DNA of 56,445 nucleotides from a bacterium (GCA_035414245.1 DAONYH010000005.1:1-56445), one strand, 5' to 3'. Shown: positions 18,743 to 27,708, numbered from the stretch's first letter. Notes: generated by a model not told the origin, from the letters alone. Program-made: numbers and translations.

Positions 18743-21157
18743 ATGGCAAAAAGAAAATTTGTTAAATTTTTTGAAGAAATTTCCATTGAAGATGTCCCGC
18801 AAGTGGGCGGTAAAAATGCTTCTTTAGGAGAGATGTATGTTGATTTATCAAAGAAGGGTTTACGCATTCCCAATGGCTTTGCTACCACGGCCGATGCGTA
18901 TCGTTATTTTTTAGATTCGGCTGGTTTAAAAAATAAAATCAGAAAAATTTTACGTGGTTTAGATACTCATAATGTAAAAGATTTAATGATGCGTGGTCAA
19001 GAGATTCGTGAATTGATTCTCAGTACCCCTTTCCCCAAAGATTTAGCTCAAGAGATTGTCTCGGCCTATAAAGATTTATCAAGTAGCTATAAAAAGCGAG
19101 CGATTGATGTGGCTGTTCGCTCCAGCGCTACAGCTGAGGATTTACCAGATGCTTCTTTTGCCGGGCAACAAGAAACTTTTTTAAATATTGTTGGTGAGAA
19201 ACAATTATTAGTAGCCGTAAAAAAATGTATTGCTTCTTTATTTACTAACCGTGCCATTTCTTACCGCGTTGATAAAAAGTTTAGTCATTTTTCTGTAGCC
19301 TTATCAGTGGGAGTGCAAAAAATGGTCCGGGCTGATTTAGGATCATCAGGAGTAATGTTCACCATTGATACAGAATCAGGTTTTAAAGATGCAATTTTAA
19401 TTAATTCTATCTATGGCTTGGGTGAAAATATTGTTCAAGGAAAAGTGAACCCGGATGAATTTTATTTTTTCAAACCTACCCAAACAATTATTTCAAAAAA
19501 TATTGGTCAAAAAGCCATTAAAATGGTTTATGACCTAAAAGGAAAAAGACCGGTCAAAAACTTGCCTGTTTCCGCAGCTGATCGCTTAAAGCCATCAATC
19601 ACTGACAAACAAGTAATTCAATTAGCTAAGTGGGGTTTAATAATTGAGGAACACTATAAACGCCCCATGGATATTGAATGGGCGCTTGATGGTCGAACGA
19701 ATGAATTGTTCATTACTCAAGCTCGACCAGAAACCGTTCAAAGTATTGTGAACCCGAATGTGATTGAAAGATATAAATTGGAAAAGAAAAGTCAGTTAAT
19801 TTGTTCTGGACAAAGTGTTGGCCATAAAATTGGTACTGGAGTATCTCACCGAATCATGAGCGTCAAAGATATTACCAAATTTAGACCAGGAGAAGTTCTA
19901 GTTACTGACATGACTGATCCTGATTGGGAGCCGATTATGAAAATTGCCTCTGCTATTGTGACTGATAAAGGGGGACGCACTTGTCACGCCGCCATTGTTT
20001 CTCGAGAATTGGGCATTCCTTGTATAGTGGGAACTAAAAATGTTACTAAGAAAATAAAAAACGGGCGCAAAGTAACAGTCAATTGCGCCGAAGGTGAAGT
20101 TGGATATGTTTATGATGGCATCTTGCCCTTTAAAATTGAAAAAACAAACATTAAAGATTTGAAAAAGCCGAAAACAAAAATCATGTTAAATATTGGTGAA
20201 CCTAATAAGGCCTTTTTGAACTCTTTTATCCCTAATGACGGAGTTGGTTTGGCACGTTTAGAGTTCATTATCAGTAACTACATCAAAATTCATCCCTTGG
20301 CTTTGGTTAATTATAATCGTTTACAAGATAAAAACGCCAAGAAAAAAATTGATGAGCTAACCGCTTCTTATGATAACAAAAAACAATATTTTGTTGATCG
20401 TTTAGCGCAAGGTATTGCTATGATTGCCGCTGCTTTTTATCCCAAGGAAGTGATTTTACGATTAAGTGATTTCAAGAGTAATGAATATGCTAACTTAATT
20501 GGTGGTCAGGCCTATGAACCAATAGAAGCTAATCCAATGATTGGTTACCGTGGCGCGAGTCGTTATTATTCAAAGAGCTTTTTGCCTGCTTTTAAACTTG
20601 AATGTCAGGCAATCAAAATGGTGCGCGAGAAAATGAAGTTAAATAATATTAAAATAATGGTGCCATTTTGTCGAACAATTGAAGAAGGTAAGGCAGTGTT
20701 AAAAATTATGGAAGACAATGGTCTAAAAAGAGGCGAAAATGGTTTACAAGTTTATGTGATGGCGGAAATTCCCGCGAATGTAGTATTGGCTGAACAGTTT
20801 TGCAAGATTTTTGACGGCTTTTCAATCGGTTCAAATGATTTAACTCAATTAGCCTTAGGAATTGATCGAGATTCGGGCGGTACTCTGGAAATTTTGGGCA
20901 GTTCTGATGAAAGAAATGAAGCAGTTAAAATTTTAATTAAAAATTTGATTTCTGTTGCCAAGAAAAATAAACGCAAAGTTGGTATTTGCGGTCAAGGACC
21001 AAGCGACTTCCCTGACTTTGCTAACTTTTTAGTGGAACAGGGAATAGATAGTCTATCATTAATTCCTGATTCGGCTATTTCAACTATGATAGAAGTTTAT
21101 AAAAAGGAAAAGCAGTTAAAACGTCGTCGCGGCGTATTAGGTTTATTTACTTTTTAG
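18743..21157 (+). CDS. ppsA: Phosphoenolpyruvate synthase (pyruvate, water dikinase)
   Basis: N-terminal VGGKNASLGEM, phosphohistidine region GGRTCHAAIVSRELGIPCIVG, and a C-terminal PEP-utilising TIM-barrel domain; 804 aa. Confidence 0.93.
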   Translation: MAKRKFVKFFEEISIEDVPQVGGKNASLGEMYVDLSKKGLRIPNGFATTADAYRYFLDSAGLKNKIRKILRGLDTHNVKDLMMRGQEIRELILSTPFPKDLAQEIVSAYKDLSSSYKKRAIDVAVRSSATAEDLPDASFAGQQETFLNIVGEKQLLVAVKKCIASLFTNRAISYRVDKKFSHFSVALSVGVQKMVRADLGSSGVMFTIDTESGFKDAILINSIYGLGENIVQGKVNPDEFYFFKPTQTIISKNIGQKAIKMVYDLKGKRPVKNLPVSAADRLKPSITDKQVIQLAKWGLIIEEHYKRPMDIEWALDGRTNELFITQARPETVQSIVNPNVIERYKLEKKSQLICSGQSVGHKIGTGVSHRIMSVKDITKFRPGEVLVTDMTDPDWEPIMKIASAIVTDKGGRTCHAAIVSRELGIPCIVGTKNVTKKIKNGRKVTVNCAEGEVGYVYDGILPFKIEKTNIKDLKKPKTKIMLNIGEPNKAFLNSFIPNDGVGLARLEFIISNYIKIHPLALVNYNRLQDKNAKKKIDELTASYDNKKQYFVDRLAQGIAMIAAAFYPKEVILRLSDFKSNEYANLIGGQAYEPIEANPMIGYRGASRYYSKSFLPAFKLECQAIKMVREKMKLNNIKIMVPFCRTIEEGKAVLKIMEDNGLKRGENGLQVYVMAEIPANVVLAEQFCKIFDGFSIGSNDLTQLALGIDRDSGGTLEILGSSDERNEAVKILIKNLISVAKKNKRKVGICGQGPSDFPDFANFLVEQGIDSLSLIPDSAISTMIEVYKKEKQLKRRRGVLGLFTF

Positions 21158-21252
21158 TCTGATAAGCTACTTGCTTTGATTAAGAATTTTTTCGTTAATC
21201 AAGAATCCCTTAATTAACTAAGAATCCTTAAATTAAAATTGTCAAAATAACT

Positions 21253-21281
21253 AAAAACACTCCGGTTAAGGAGTGTTTTTG
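21253..21281. terminator. Bidirectional terminator between ppsA and the 3D-domain gene
   Basis: ACACTCC-GGTTAA-GGAGTGT, flanked by an A-run and a T-run. Confidence 0.75.
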
Positions 21282-21303
21282 ATAGGTTATATTAATTTGA
21301 AAA

Positions 21304-22131
21304 TTATTCAATTACTTTAATTTCGGCTACTTTAACGCCAAATTTTTTCGCATCGTCGTAATTTATCATCCAAATATCAACACGATCCGGATATCTTTTA
21401 TTCATTCGGTCACGAACAATAAAGACGCGGTCGCCAAACAATTCTGGAATCATTACTTTAGTACCAAACTTTAAAAAGTTAGCTGCAATTGTATCTTCAA
21501 CGCCGTGTTCACAAACATTAAAGCCGTTAGCCGTAATACAAGGTGTGTCATCAGTTTGGCGCGGATCAGAGTTATAGGCTGTCATGACATGTGTACTGGT
21601 GCGAATAACTTTTGGTCCAACTTCAGCACTGGTTGTAGCGGTTTCGGTTATTTCATTATCAAGAGGAGTGGCTTCCTTAGCAAGAGTTTTGTTTGCATTA
21701 GTTTTATTCGCTATTACCTTGTTTGCCATTGGATTAGATTTTTGAGCAACTAGATTAGTCTCCTCTTCATTAATAATTGGGTTTTCAACGTTAGTTGTGT
21801 TTTCAGCTAAGACAATTTCTTCCTCGGTTTCTACTTTTTCTATAATTTCCTTAATTCTTAGCTCTTCCTCATTAGCATTATTATCTTCAATATTAATATC
21901 TTCGTGTGCCAGAGGCATTTCCCAGGGCTCAGTTTGAGCATTAGTTTGATGAATCTTTATCTCCGCAGTAACAATTTCATTGGTTGAAGCCTGTTTTATA
22001 GCATCTTCAGCTAGTGCTGGGGCATAAAAAAGAACAAACTGAAAAACACAGGCGATGGTTATATATAAAACAAGTCCTTGCCTACTACTGAGAGGGACAA
22101 TCTCTTCTTTAATAGTTTGTAATATCGACAT
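21304..22131 (-). CDS. 3D-domain (MltA/RlpA-like double-psi beta-barrel) cell-wall protein with a membrane anchor
   Basis: N-terminal TM helix and an acidic Glu/Asn/Thr-rich linker. The C-terminal ...TAYNSDPRQTDDTPCITANGFNV...GTKVMIPELFGDRVFIVRDRMNKRYPDRVDIWM is typical of 3D domains. Confidence 0.75.
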   Translation of the reverse strand: MSILQTIKEEIVPLSSRQGLVLYITIACVFQFVLFYAPALAEDAIKQASTNEIVTAEIKIHQTNAQTEPWEMPLAHEDINIEDNNANEEELRIKEIIEKVETEEEIVLAENTTNVENPIINEEETNLVAQKSNPMANKVIANKTNANKTLAKEATPLDNEITETATTSAEVGPKVIRTSTHVMTAYNSDPRQTDDTPCITANGFNVCEHGVEDTIAANFLKFGTKVMIPELFGDRVFIVRDRMNKRYPDRVDIWMINYDDAKKFGVKVAEIKVIE

Positions 22132-22274
22132 ATTTATTTAATATTAGCTAAATAAAAAACCCCTAGCAGTTTATCAAATAATTATGATCAAGCTAGGGAT
22201 TTCTTAACGTATCATCTTAGCATATAAAGAGAGACAGGTCAAGGTAAAAAATTTTTTGTCTGATTTTGTTAATA

Positions 22275-22303
22275 TTGACAAAATTTGTTTTATATGATAT
22301 AAT
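22275..22303 (+). promoter_or_regulatory. Consensus sigma70 promoter for the 22359 gene
   Basis: TTGACA (22275-22280), 17-nt spacer, TATAAT (22298-22303). Confidence 0.65.
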
Positions 22304-22358
22304 ATAAGCAAGAAAAATGATCTTTAAAAAATAAATAAACTAAAAAATATAGGAAAAA

Positions 22359-23186
22359 ATGAAGAAAATGTTAGTATTTTTGGCCTTGGTTACCGGAATG
22401 GGAATCAGCCAGCAGCATGTATTCGGACAGATGACTAGACAAGAGAAAAGTCAACTAGAACTCCTTGAGAGTGAAATAACTAAGTTAGAAAATTCCATAA
22501 ATCAGGACGTGAAAGCTTTTGAAAAAAGTAAACGCGAAGCTCAGTTTGAACTCGGAAGAGAATTAGGCAGACTTGAAATTCAGGCCGATCCCAAAAGAGC
22601 AGCTTCGGTTGACGAAATTGAATGGCTAAAAAAGGAAATGGAGAGAGTTAGACTTCAAATTGATTCAGTTGAATCATCAACGCCGTATAGCTTTGAGCTT
22701 GAGTATAAAAAAGAAAAACTTTTTCTACTCCAGGAACAAAGAGAGGAAATGATCCAACGCTTTCTTTCTCCGAATCTAGCTATTCCCAGAGAAATGGGAC
22801 GGTTGACGAAAAATCGTCGTCAACGAGCCAATGTCATTCGTAGAGAAGAGTTAGGTCTTATGAGAAGTGAGAACAATATTAGGAGTCTTGACACTGCCGT
22901 TGATCAAACTATTGCGCCGAAGGGATTTAAGATTATCTTTGATAACAAGTATAGTCTTAATACAACTTTTAGACTGATTCCTCTTGATGGCGGCGAAAGA
23001 TTAGCGATTAATTTGGCCCCCAGAACTAAACAGTATGTAGATGTTCTGTCGGGCAGATATCTTGTTGAATTCATTGTCAACGGAAGGAAATGGGATGAAC
23101 TCACCTCTCCATTAACAATTGACGGGACTAAACACTCTTATGAAAAGGAAGAATGTTTTGGCTTTGTCTATAAGTCGGAGTTTTGA
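22359..23186 (+). CDS. Secreted coiled-coil protein of unknown function
   Basis: Signal peptide MKKMLVFLALVTGMGISQQHVFG, ~150 aa rich in heptad-like E/K/L/R, and a ~100-aa C-terminal beta-rich domain. I recognised no family. Confidence 0.6.
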   Translation: MKKMLVFLALVTGMGISQQHVFGQMTRQEKSQLELLESEITKLENSINQDVKAFEKSKREAQFELGRELGRLEIQADPKRAASVDEIEWLKKEMERVRLQIDSVESSTPYSFELEYKKEKLFLLQEQREEMIQRFLSPNLAIPREMGRLTKNRRQRANVIRREELGLMRSENNIRSLDTAVDQTIAPKGFKIIFDNKYSLNTTFRLIPLDGGERLAINLAPRTKQYVDVLSGRYLVEFIVNGRKWDELTSPLTIDGTKHSYEKEECFGFVYKSEF

Positions 23187-23214
23187 AAGATTTAAAAAAT
23201 CATTCGCGTACATT

Positions 23215-23251
23215 TAAAAAAGGAGTATCAAACGATACTCCTCTTTTTTTA
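23215..23251. terminator. Bidirectional terminator ending the pilin-like array and the 22359 gene
   Basis: AGGAGTATC-AAAC-GATACTCCT, flanked by A6 and T7 runs. Confidence 0.8.
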
Positions 23252-23300
23252 TTTAAAAATTAATTAGGGAATTCTTTTAGGAAATTCTTTGTTCAGTTTA

Positions 23301-23753
23301 TTAACCGCTTGTTCCGCCTCCACCACCAACACCCCCGCCTAAAGGTAAAATTCTGAAAATAAACCAAGTGATAGTATAAGCAGCAATCACAATTATTAAA
23401 CCAATGATGGCCGCCTTAATTGAAGCAGTCGCTTTTTTAATTTGTTCTTCATTACCTTGCGCTGTCATCCATTTGAAACCGGCTATTAAAGTTAAAACTA
23501 AAAAGATGATCGCTAAGAAACTTAAAACAGTCTGCACTCCGCGCGCAACCAAAACACCAACACTGATATCACCTAAATTAGCAGCATCAGCCGCCTCCTT
23601 GGTCATATCATTCATTTCTCGCGGATTATTTATTAAACCCATTGACGCATTTGATGGCTGGGTGTCTGGCTGAGCATTAACCAAAGTTAAATTCAAAAAA
23701 GCGAAAGTTAGAACAATTATTAAGCTAATAATTTTTTTCATAAATTTATTCAT
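23301..23753 (-). CDS. VirB2/TrbC-like pilin-type small membrane protein, array copy 6 (last transcribed)
   Basis: Signal peptide ending LVNA|QPD, a polar variable segment, TM1, the GFKWMTAQGNEEQIKKATA loop, TM2, and a Gly-rich tail GGGVGGGGGTSG. Confidence 0.7.
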   Translation of the reverse strand: MNKFMKKIISLIIVLTFAFLNLTLVNAQPDTQPSNASMGLINNPREMNDMTKEAADAANLGDISVGVLVARGVQTVLSFLAIIFLVLTLIAGFKWMTAQGNEEQIKKATASIKAAIIGLIIVIAAYTITWFIFRILPLGGGVGGGGGTSG

Positions 23754-24173
23754 TTATTTACCCAAAACTAAACGTTCAAAGATAAATTTCCAAATTGCCC
23801 AAGCTGAAAGAGTCAAAATAAGACCAATTGTCGCCGCCTTAATAGTGGCGGTTGCTTTCTTAATCTTTTCTTCATTACCCGAGGAAGTCATCCAGGTAAA
23901 ACCGGCGATAACCATTAAAATGACAAAAATGACCCCTAAAATACTAGTGAAAGCCCTAATTATTAAGCCAACTATTCGGGGAGCGGAAGCGGTTTGTTCA
24001 TCAGTTACATAACCTCCTTCTTGGGCTATATTCTGTAATCTGTCTAACATTTGATTATCAGAAGCGCTAGTAGATACATCAGAGGTTTGTGCCTGAAGTG
24101 GAGTGATTATTAAAAAGGAAAATAAAAATAAACAAGCTATAATTGAAAAAGTAATTTTTAGGAAATTTTTCAT
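23754..24173 (-). CDS. VirB2/TrbC-like pilin-type small membrane protein, array copy 5
   Basis: Signal peptide ending PLQA|QTSD, a Ser/Thr/Asp-rich segment, TM1, the GFTWMTSSGNEEKIKKATA loop, and TM2. Its stop abuts the start of copy 6. Confidence 0.7.
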   Translation of the reverse strand: MKNFLKITFSIIACLFLFSFLIITPLQAQTSDVSTSASDNQMLDRLQNIAQEGGYVTDEQTASAPRIVGLIIRAFTSILGVIFVILMVIAGFTWMTSSGNEEKIKKATATIKAATIGLILTLSAWAIWKFIFERLVLGK

Positions 24174-24179
24174 AAACTA

Positions 24180-24581
24180 TTATTGAATTAAATTAGCTAA
24201 GACTTTTGATATCCAAGAACTAAGGGCATAAGCGCCTAAAACAATAAATAAACCAATTAAAAGTGATTTAATTTTTTCTTGTGATTCAGCAACTATTTGC
24301 GCATTTCCACCAGCACGCATCCAAGCTTGTCCGGCTAAAAATAAATAAATCATGAAAACAGTTCCCAGAGCAGCTAAAACAATTCTAATAATTCGAGCAA
24401 TTATTACTTCTAAAGTATCAGCTTGTGAATAACCACTTTGACTGGAAATGGCATTAACATTATTTTGCAAATCCTTTTGTTTGTCAGATTTTAAAATTTG
24501 CCCTTGCGCTACTAAAGTGCCGACTGAAAAAATAAAGAAACTTATGGCAAGAATGGTACAAATTTTTTTTAGATTCCACAT
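24180..24581 (-). CDS. VirB2/TrbC-like pilin-type small membrane protein, array copy 4 (most divergent)
   Basis: Same architecture as the other copies; the loop reads GQAWMRAGGNAQIVAESQEKIK. Confidence 0.65.
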   Translation of the reverse strand: MWNLKKICTILAISFFIFSVGTLVAQGQILKSDKQKDLQNNVNAISSQSGYSQADTLEVIIARIIRIVLAALGTVFMIYLFLAGQAWMRAGGNAQIVAESQEKIKSLLIGLFIVLGAYALSSWISKVLANLIQ

Positions 24582-24622
24582 AAATCTTTTTTGAAACTAG
24601 AAATTTAATCCAAGCTAAATAT

Positions 24623-25033
24623 TTAATTCAAACGTCCGACAATAAAGAAAGTAATCGCGTAAGCCGCCAGCGTTATTATTAAGCCAATTAAAGCATCTGT
24701 TAAAATGTTTTTGGCTTTTTTTACTCTTTCTTGATTACCTTCAGCTATCATCCATCTAAAGCCACCATAAATTACAAAGCCAAAGAATATAACTCCAACC
24801 CAAGTTAAAACAGTTAAGATTACTCGGGAAATAATATTATCAACAGTGTCAGCGCCTGGACCGGTTTCAAAGCCGGCTTCATCAGCAGTTGTATCTAAGC
24901 CGCTATCTTTTTGGAAATTATAAGCATTGGCGTAATTGTAGGTGGAACTTAATTGTCCATAAATAAAAATTGGCGCCAAAATTAAAATTAGCGCCCAAGC
25001 CGACCAGGTTTTTTTGTTGAATATTTTTTTCAT
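24623..25033 (-). CDS. VirB2/TrbC-like pilin-type small membrane protein, array copy 3
   Basis: Signal peptide, an acidic variable segment, and the loop GFRWMIAEGNQERVKKAKN between two TM helices. Confidence 0.7.
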   Translation of the reverse strand: MKKIFNKKTWSAWALILILAPIFIYGQLSSTYNYANAYNFQKDSGLDTTADEAGFETGPGADTVDNIISRVILTVLTWVGVIFFGFVIYGGFRWMIAEGNQERVKKAKNILTDALIGLIITLAAYAITFFIVGRLN

Positions 25034-25038
25034 CTTTA

Positions 25039-25443
25039 TTAGCTTAAAATTTCAGTACCGATAAAGGAGGTAATCGCGTAAGCGGCTAAAGTTATAATTA
25101 AGCCGATTGTGGCGTTGATTAACAAATTTTTTGCCTTTGACACCTGTTGTTCATTGCCTTGCGCCGTCATCCAAAGAATACCGGCGTAAATCATTAAAAT
25201 GAAAAATAAGACACCGACAAAGGATAAGAGAATGCTAATAATTTGTCCAACTTTGGTTTGAATAAAGTTGTCATCAACACTTTGTCCTTGATAAGCCTCA
25301 ACTTCTCCTGCTGAATCTTCTAGACCGGCTAAGGGATCATTTGTAATAGCGTTAGCGGTATGAGTGGCAAGGGGACAAAAAAAGAATACACCACTAAAAA
25401 AGGCTAAAAATAAAATCCACGAAAATAATGAGCTTTTCTTCAT
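25039..25443 (-). CDS. VirB2/TrbC-like pilin-type small membrane protein, array copy 2
   Basis: Signal peptide, an acidic variable segment, and the loop GILWMTAQGNEQQVSKAKN between two TM helices. Confidence 0.7.
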   Translation of the reverse strand: MKKSSLFSWILFLAFFSGVFFFCPLATHTANAITNDPLAGLEDSAGEVEAYQGQSVDDNFIQTKVGQIISILLSFVGVLFFILMIYAGILWMTAQGNEQQVSKAKNLLINATIGLIITLAAYAITSFIGTEILS

Positions 25444-25457
25444 AAAGAAAATTTTTA

Positions 25458-25496
25458 CACTGGCCTAAAAACAAAAAATTTGTGTTTAGGCCAGTG
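25458..25496 (-). promoter_or_regulatory. Long stem-loop between array copies 1 and 2 (attenuator / mRNA 3'-stabiliser candidate)
   Basis: CACTGGCCTAAA (25458-25469) pairs perfectly with TTTAGGCCAGTG (25485-25496), with 3 further bp after one mismatch. A second hairpin, GTGATTC/GAATCAC, lies at 25494-25522. No clean U-run follows on the minus strand. Confidence 0.55.
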
Positions 25497-25529
25497 ATTC
25501 CCATATAAAAAATGAGAATCACATATTTA

Positions 25530-25925
25530 TTACATGCCTGTGGTAGTATTGTAAAGAGAACCGACAATGAAGTTGGCAAGAGCCCAAGATAAGAAGATGA
25601 TTGCTAAACCGATAACACCGGCTCCAATCATTTTTTTCGCTTGTGAGACCTTGTCTTCGTTTCCTCCAGCCGTCATCCAAGTGAAACCACCCATTAAAAT
25701 GATGGCTAAAGCGATAACGCCTAAGAAGCCTAGGGCAATGTTAATAATACGACCAACTACCGTTCTCGGATCTTCATTTCCTAATGTGCCGTTTAAGCCA
25801 TCATCAACTTGTTGTAAACCGAAATCACCAGGAGTTGTCTGCGCAGCTACTGGCAAAGCAAGCATGGGCATTAATAGAAAAGAAAGAATAGCAAAAGATA
25901 GTAAGAATTTAGAGATTTTATTCAT
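25530..25925 (-). CDS. VirB2/TrbC-like pilin-type small membrane protein, array copy 1 (first transcribed; candidate major subunit)
   Basis: Signal peptide ending PVAA|QTTPG, the loop GFTWMTAGGNEDKVSQAKK between two TM helices. It is the only array member with a strong Shine-Dalgarno site: AAAGGGGGTGA, 5 nt before the ATG (plus-strand 25931-25941). Confidence 0.75.
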   Translation of the reverse strand: MNKISKFLLSFAILSFLLMPMLALPVAAQTTPGDFGLQQVDDGLNGTLGNEDPRTVVGRIINIALGFLGVIALAIILMGGFTWMTAGGNEDKVSQAKKMIGAGVIGLAIIFLSWALANFIVGSLYNTTTGM

Positions 25926-26051
25926 ATTTTCACCCCCTTTCTTTAATGATAATAAATTTTATTTTACACCTTTAATCCTAGCATATATTTTAAAATAAGA
26001 CAAACAATAATTCTTGTGATAGAATAGAGTTGCGTATAAGATAAAGGGCTT

Positions 26052-27644
26052 ATGTTAGGAAAAATAAAAAATTTAAAATTTGTCAATATATTTTGGCCTT
26101 TTTTTTATTTGTTGGTTTTTATCATCTTAATAAAAAATGGTTTTTCCTATCTTGATCCTGATTTAGGTTGGCACTTAAAGGTTGGAGAAGAAGCTTTTTT
26201 AAATAAAGCGGCGCCAACTGCTAATCTCTATAATTATACTTATACCGGGAATTGGGTTAATCATGAATGGTTAAGTGATATTGTTCTTTTCCGTCTTTAT
26301 GAAACTGTTGGTTATGAATTTATTGTTATTTTATTTGCCCTTTTGATTGTTATCGCGCTCATAATATTAAATGTTTTTATTTACAAGAACGCGCGCACAA
26401 AAATTTTGTGGCCTATTTTAGCCGGTTTACAATTATTTGGCTTGATGGCTTCTTTGCCTCATTTAGGGGTGAGAATGCAAGAATTGGCCTGGCTGTTTGT
26501 TTTATTTATTTTGATAATTATTCATTATTATCACAAAACCGAAAATTGGCGCTATTTGTTATTTTTGCCGCCCCTATTTTTAGCTTGGGCTAATTTACAT
26601 GGCAGTTTCTTGATTGGTTTTTTTCTCCTCGGTTCTTTTTGGGGATTACAGATTTTTTTACAACTTTATTTTAAAAGTCGTTTAGCACAAAAAATTATTT
26701 TAAAACGCGGCCTAAGCTGGTCAGCGATTAAAATTTTTGGTTTATTTATTGCATTGGCTTGGACCGCTACCTTATTAAACCCTTATCACTTAGGTCTTTA
26801 TGAATTTTTAAGTGGCTATCGCAATTTAGCTTATTTATCTTTAATTAAAGAATGGCTACCACAATCAAATTTTCCTTTTCATTATGATCAATTAATTTAT
26901 TTGGCTTTAGGAATAATCGCGGTTATTTTTTATAGTCTTGATCGTTTGCGCGCTAAAAAAGCCCTAGATGTTTGGTCCTTATTTTTAGTAATTGTTTTTT
27001 CCTTTTTCGCTTTTAAATCAAGACGACATTTCCCCTTATTTTTTATCACTACTTTGCCCTTTTTAGTTTATTTTAATAGCGCTTTTTTTGCTAAAATAAA
27101 AATAGCTTATCAACGTCTCCTTTTTGCCTTAGTATTTTTTTGTTTATTTTTAGTTAGCGCGGAGCAATTAATTATTACTAAATTTAATAAAAATCCTTTT
27201 CAGTCTTATTGCCATAAATATCCTTGCGCAGCGGTTGAGTTTTTAAAAGACAATCAACATTATTTAGAGTATAATATTTTTAATAGCTATATTTGGGGCG
27301 GATATTTAATTTGGAATTTACCTGAGAAAAAAATCTTTATTGACGGACGTTTGCCGCAAGTTAATTTTGCCGGACAAAGTTTTATAGAAGAATATTTTGA
27401 CTTTTTTAAAAGCGAAATCAATCACGCGGAAAAATTGGCCAGCCATGATATTCGTTTAGTTTTGATGGAAGCTAAGGATATTGATCTGGTTGCTAGAAAA
27501 TGGGAGAAAATTTTTTTCCATATTAAAGATGAGGATTTAAAGGCTCATAACAGTTTACGCGATTATTTAGAAAACTCTTCAAGCTGGAAAATTATTTATG
27601 AAGATTCAACCGCTAAAATATATTTTTTAGAGAATCAAGATTAG
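26052..27644 (+). CDS. Polytopic membrane protein, GT-C-like glycosyltransferase candidate with a C-terminal soluble domain
   Basis: 530 aa with about 11-13 TM helices over the first ~370 aa. The first predicted extracytoplasmic loop carries YLDPDLGWHLKVGE (D-x-D type motif). A ~150-aa hydrophilic C-terminal domain follows. Assigned by architecture only. Confidence 0.4.
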   Translation: MLGKIKNLKFVNIFWPFFYLLVFIILIKNGFSYLDPDLGWHLKVGEEAFLNKAAPTANLYNYTYTGNWVNHEWLSDIVLFRLYETVGYEFIVILFALLIVIALIILNVFIYKNARTKILWPILAGLQLFGLMASLPHLGVRMQELAWLFVLFILIIIHYYHKTENWRYLLFLPPLFLAWANLHGSFLIGFFLLGSFWGLQIFLQLYFKSRLAQKIILKRGLSWSAIKIFGLFIALAWTATLLNPYHLGLYEFLSGYRNLAYLSLIKEWLPQSNFPFHYDQLIYLALGIIAVIFYSLDRLRAKKALDVWSLFLVIVFSFFAFKSRRHFPLFFITTLPFLVYFNSAFFAKIKIAYQRLLFALVFFCLFLVSAEQLIITKFNKNPFQSYCHKYPCAAVEFLKDNQHYLEYNIFNSYIWGGYLIWNLPEKKIFIDGRLPQVNFAGQSFIEEYFDFFKSEINHAEKLASHDIRLVLMEAKDIDLVARKWEKIFFHIKDEDLKAHNSLRDYLENSSSWKIIYEDSTAKIYFLENQD

Positions 27645-27708
27645 CTAAAGACTTAAAGGATAATAATTGATTATGAAATAAAAGAATATTGATTTATATT
27701 GATTAATT

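Noticed and set aside
22359-23186. Horizontal acquisition of the secreted coiled-coil gene, based on seemingly different codon choice
   Set aside because: Hand counts of G+C on a few 60-nt lines (about 30-45%) overlap those of the neighbouring pilin-like genes (~40%). I cannot support a compositional anomaly without a proper calculation.
25567-25998. 143-aa plus-strand ORF, and the 61-aa minus-strand ORF at 25394-25579
   Set aside because: The first is antisense to pilin-like copy 1, with Pro/Lys-rich low-complexity translation that mirrors the hydrophobic gene on the other strand. The second spans the intergenic hairpins. Neither has a promoter or RBS.
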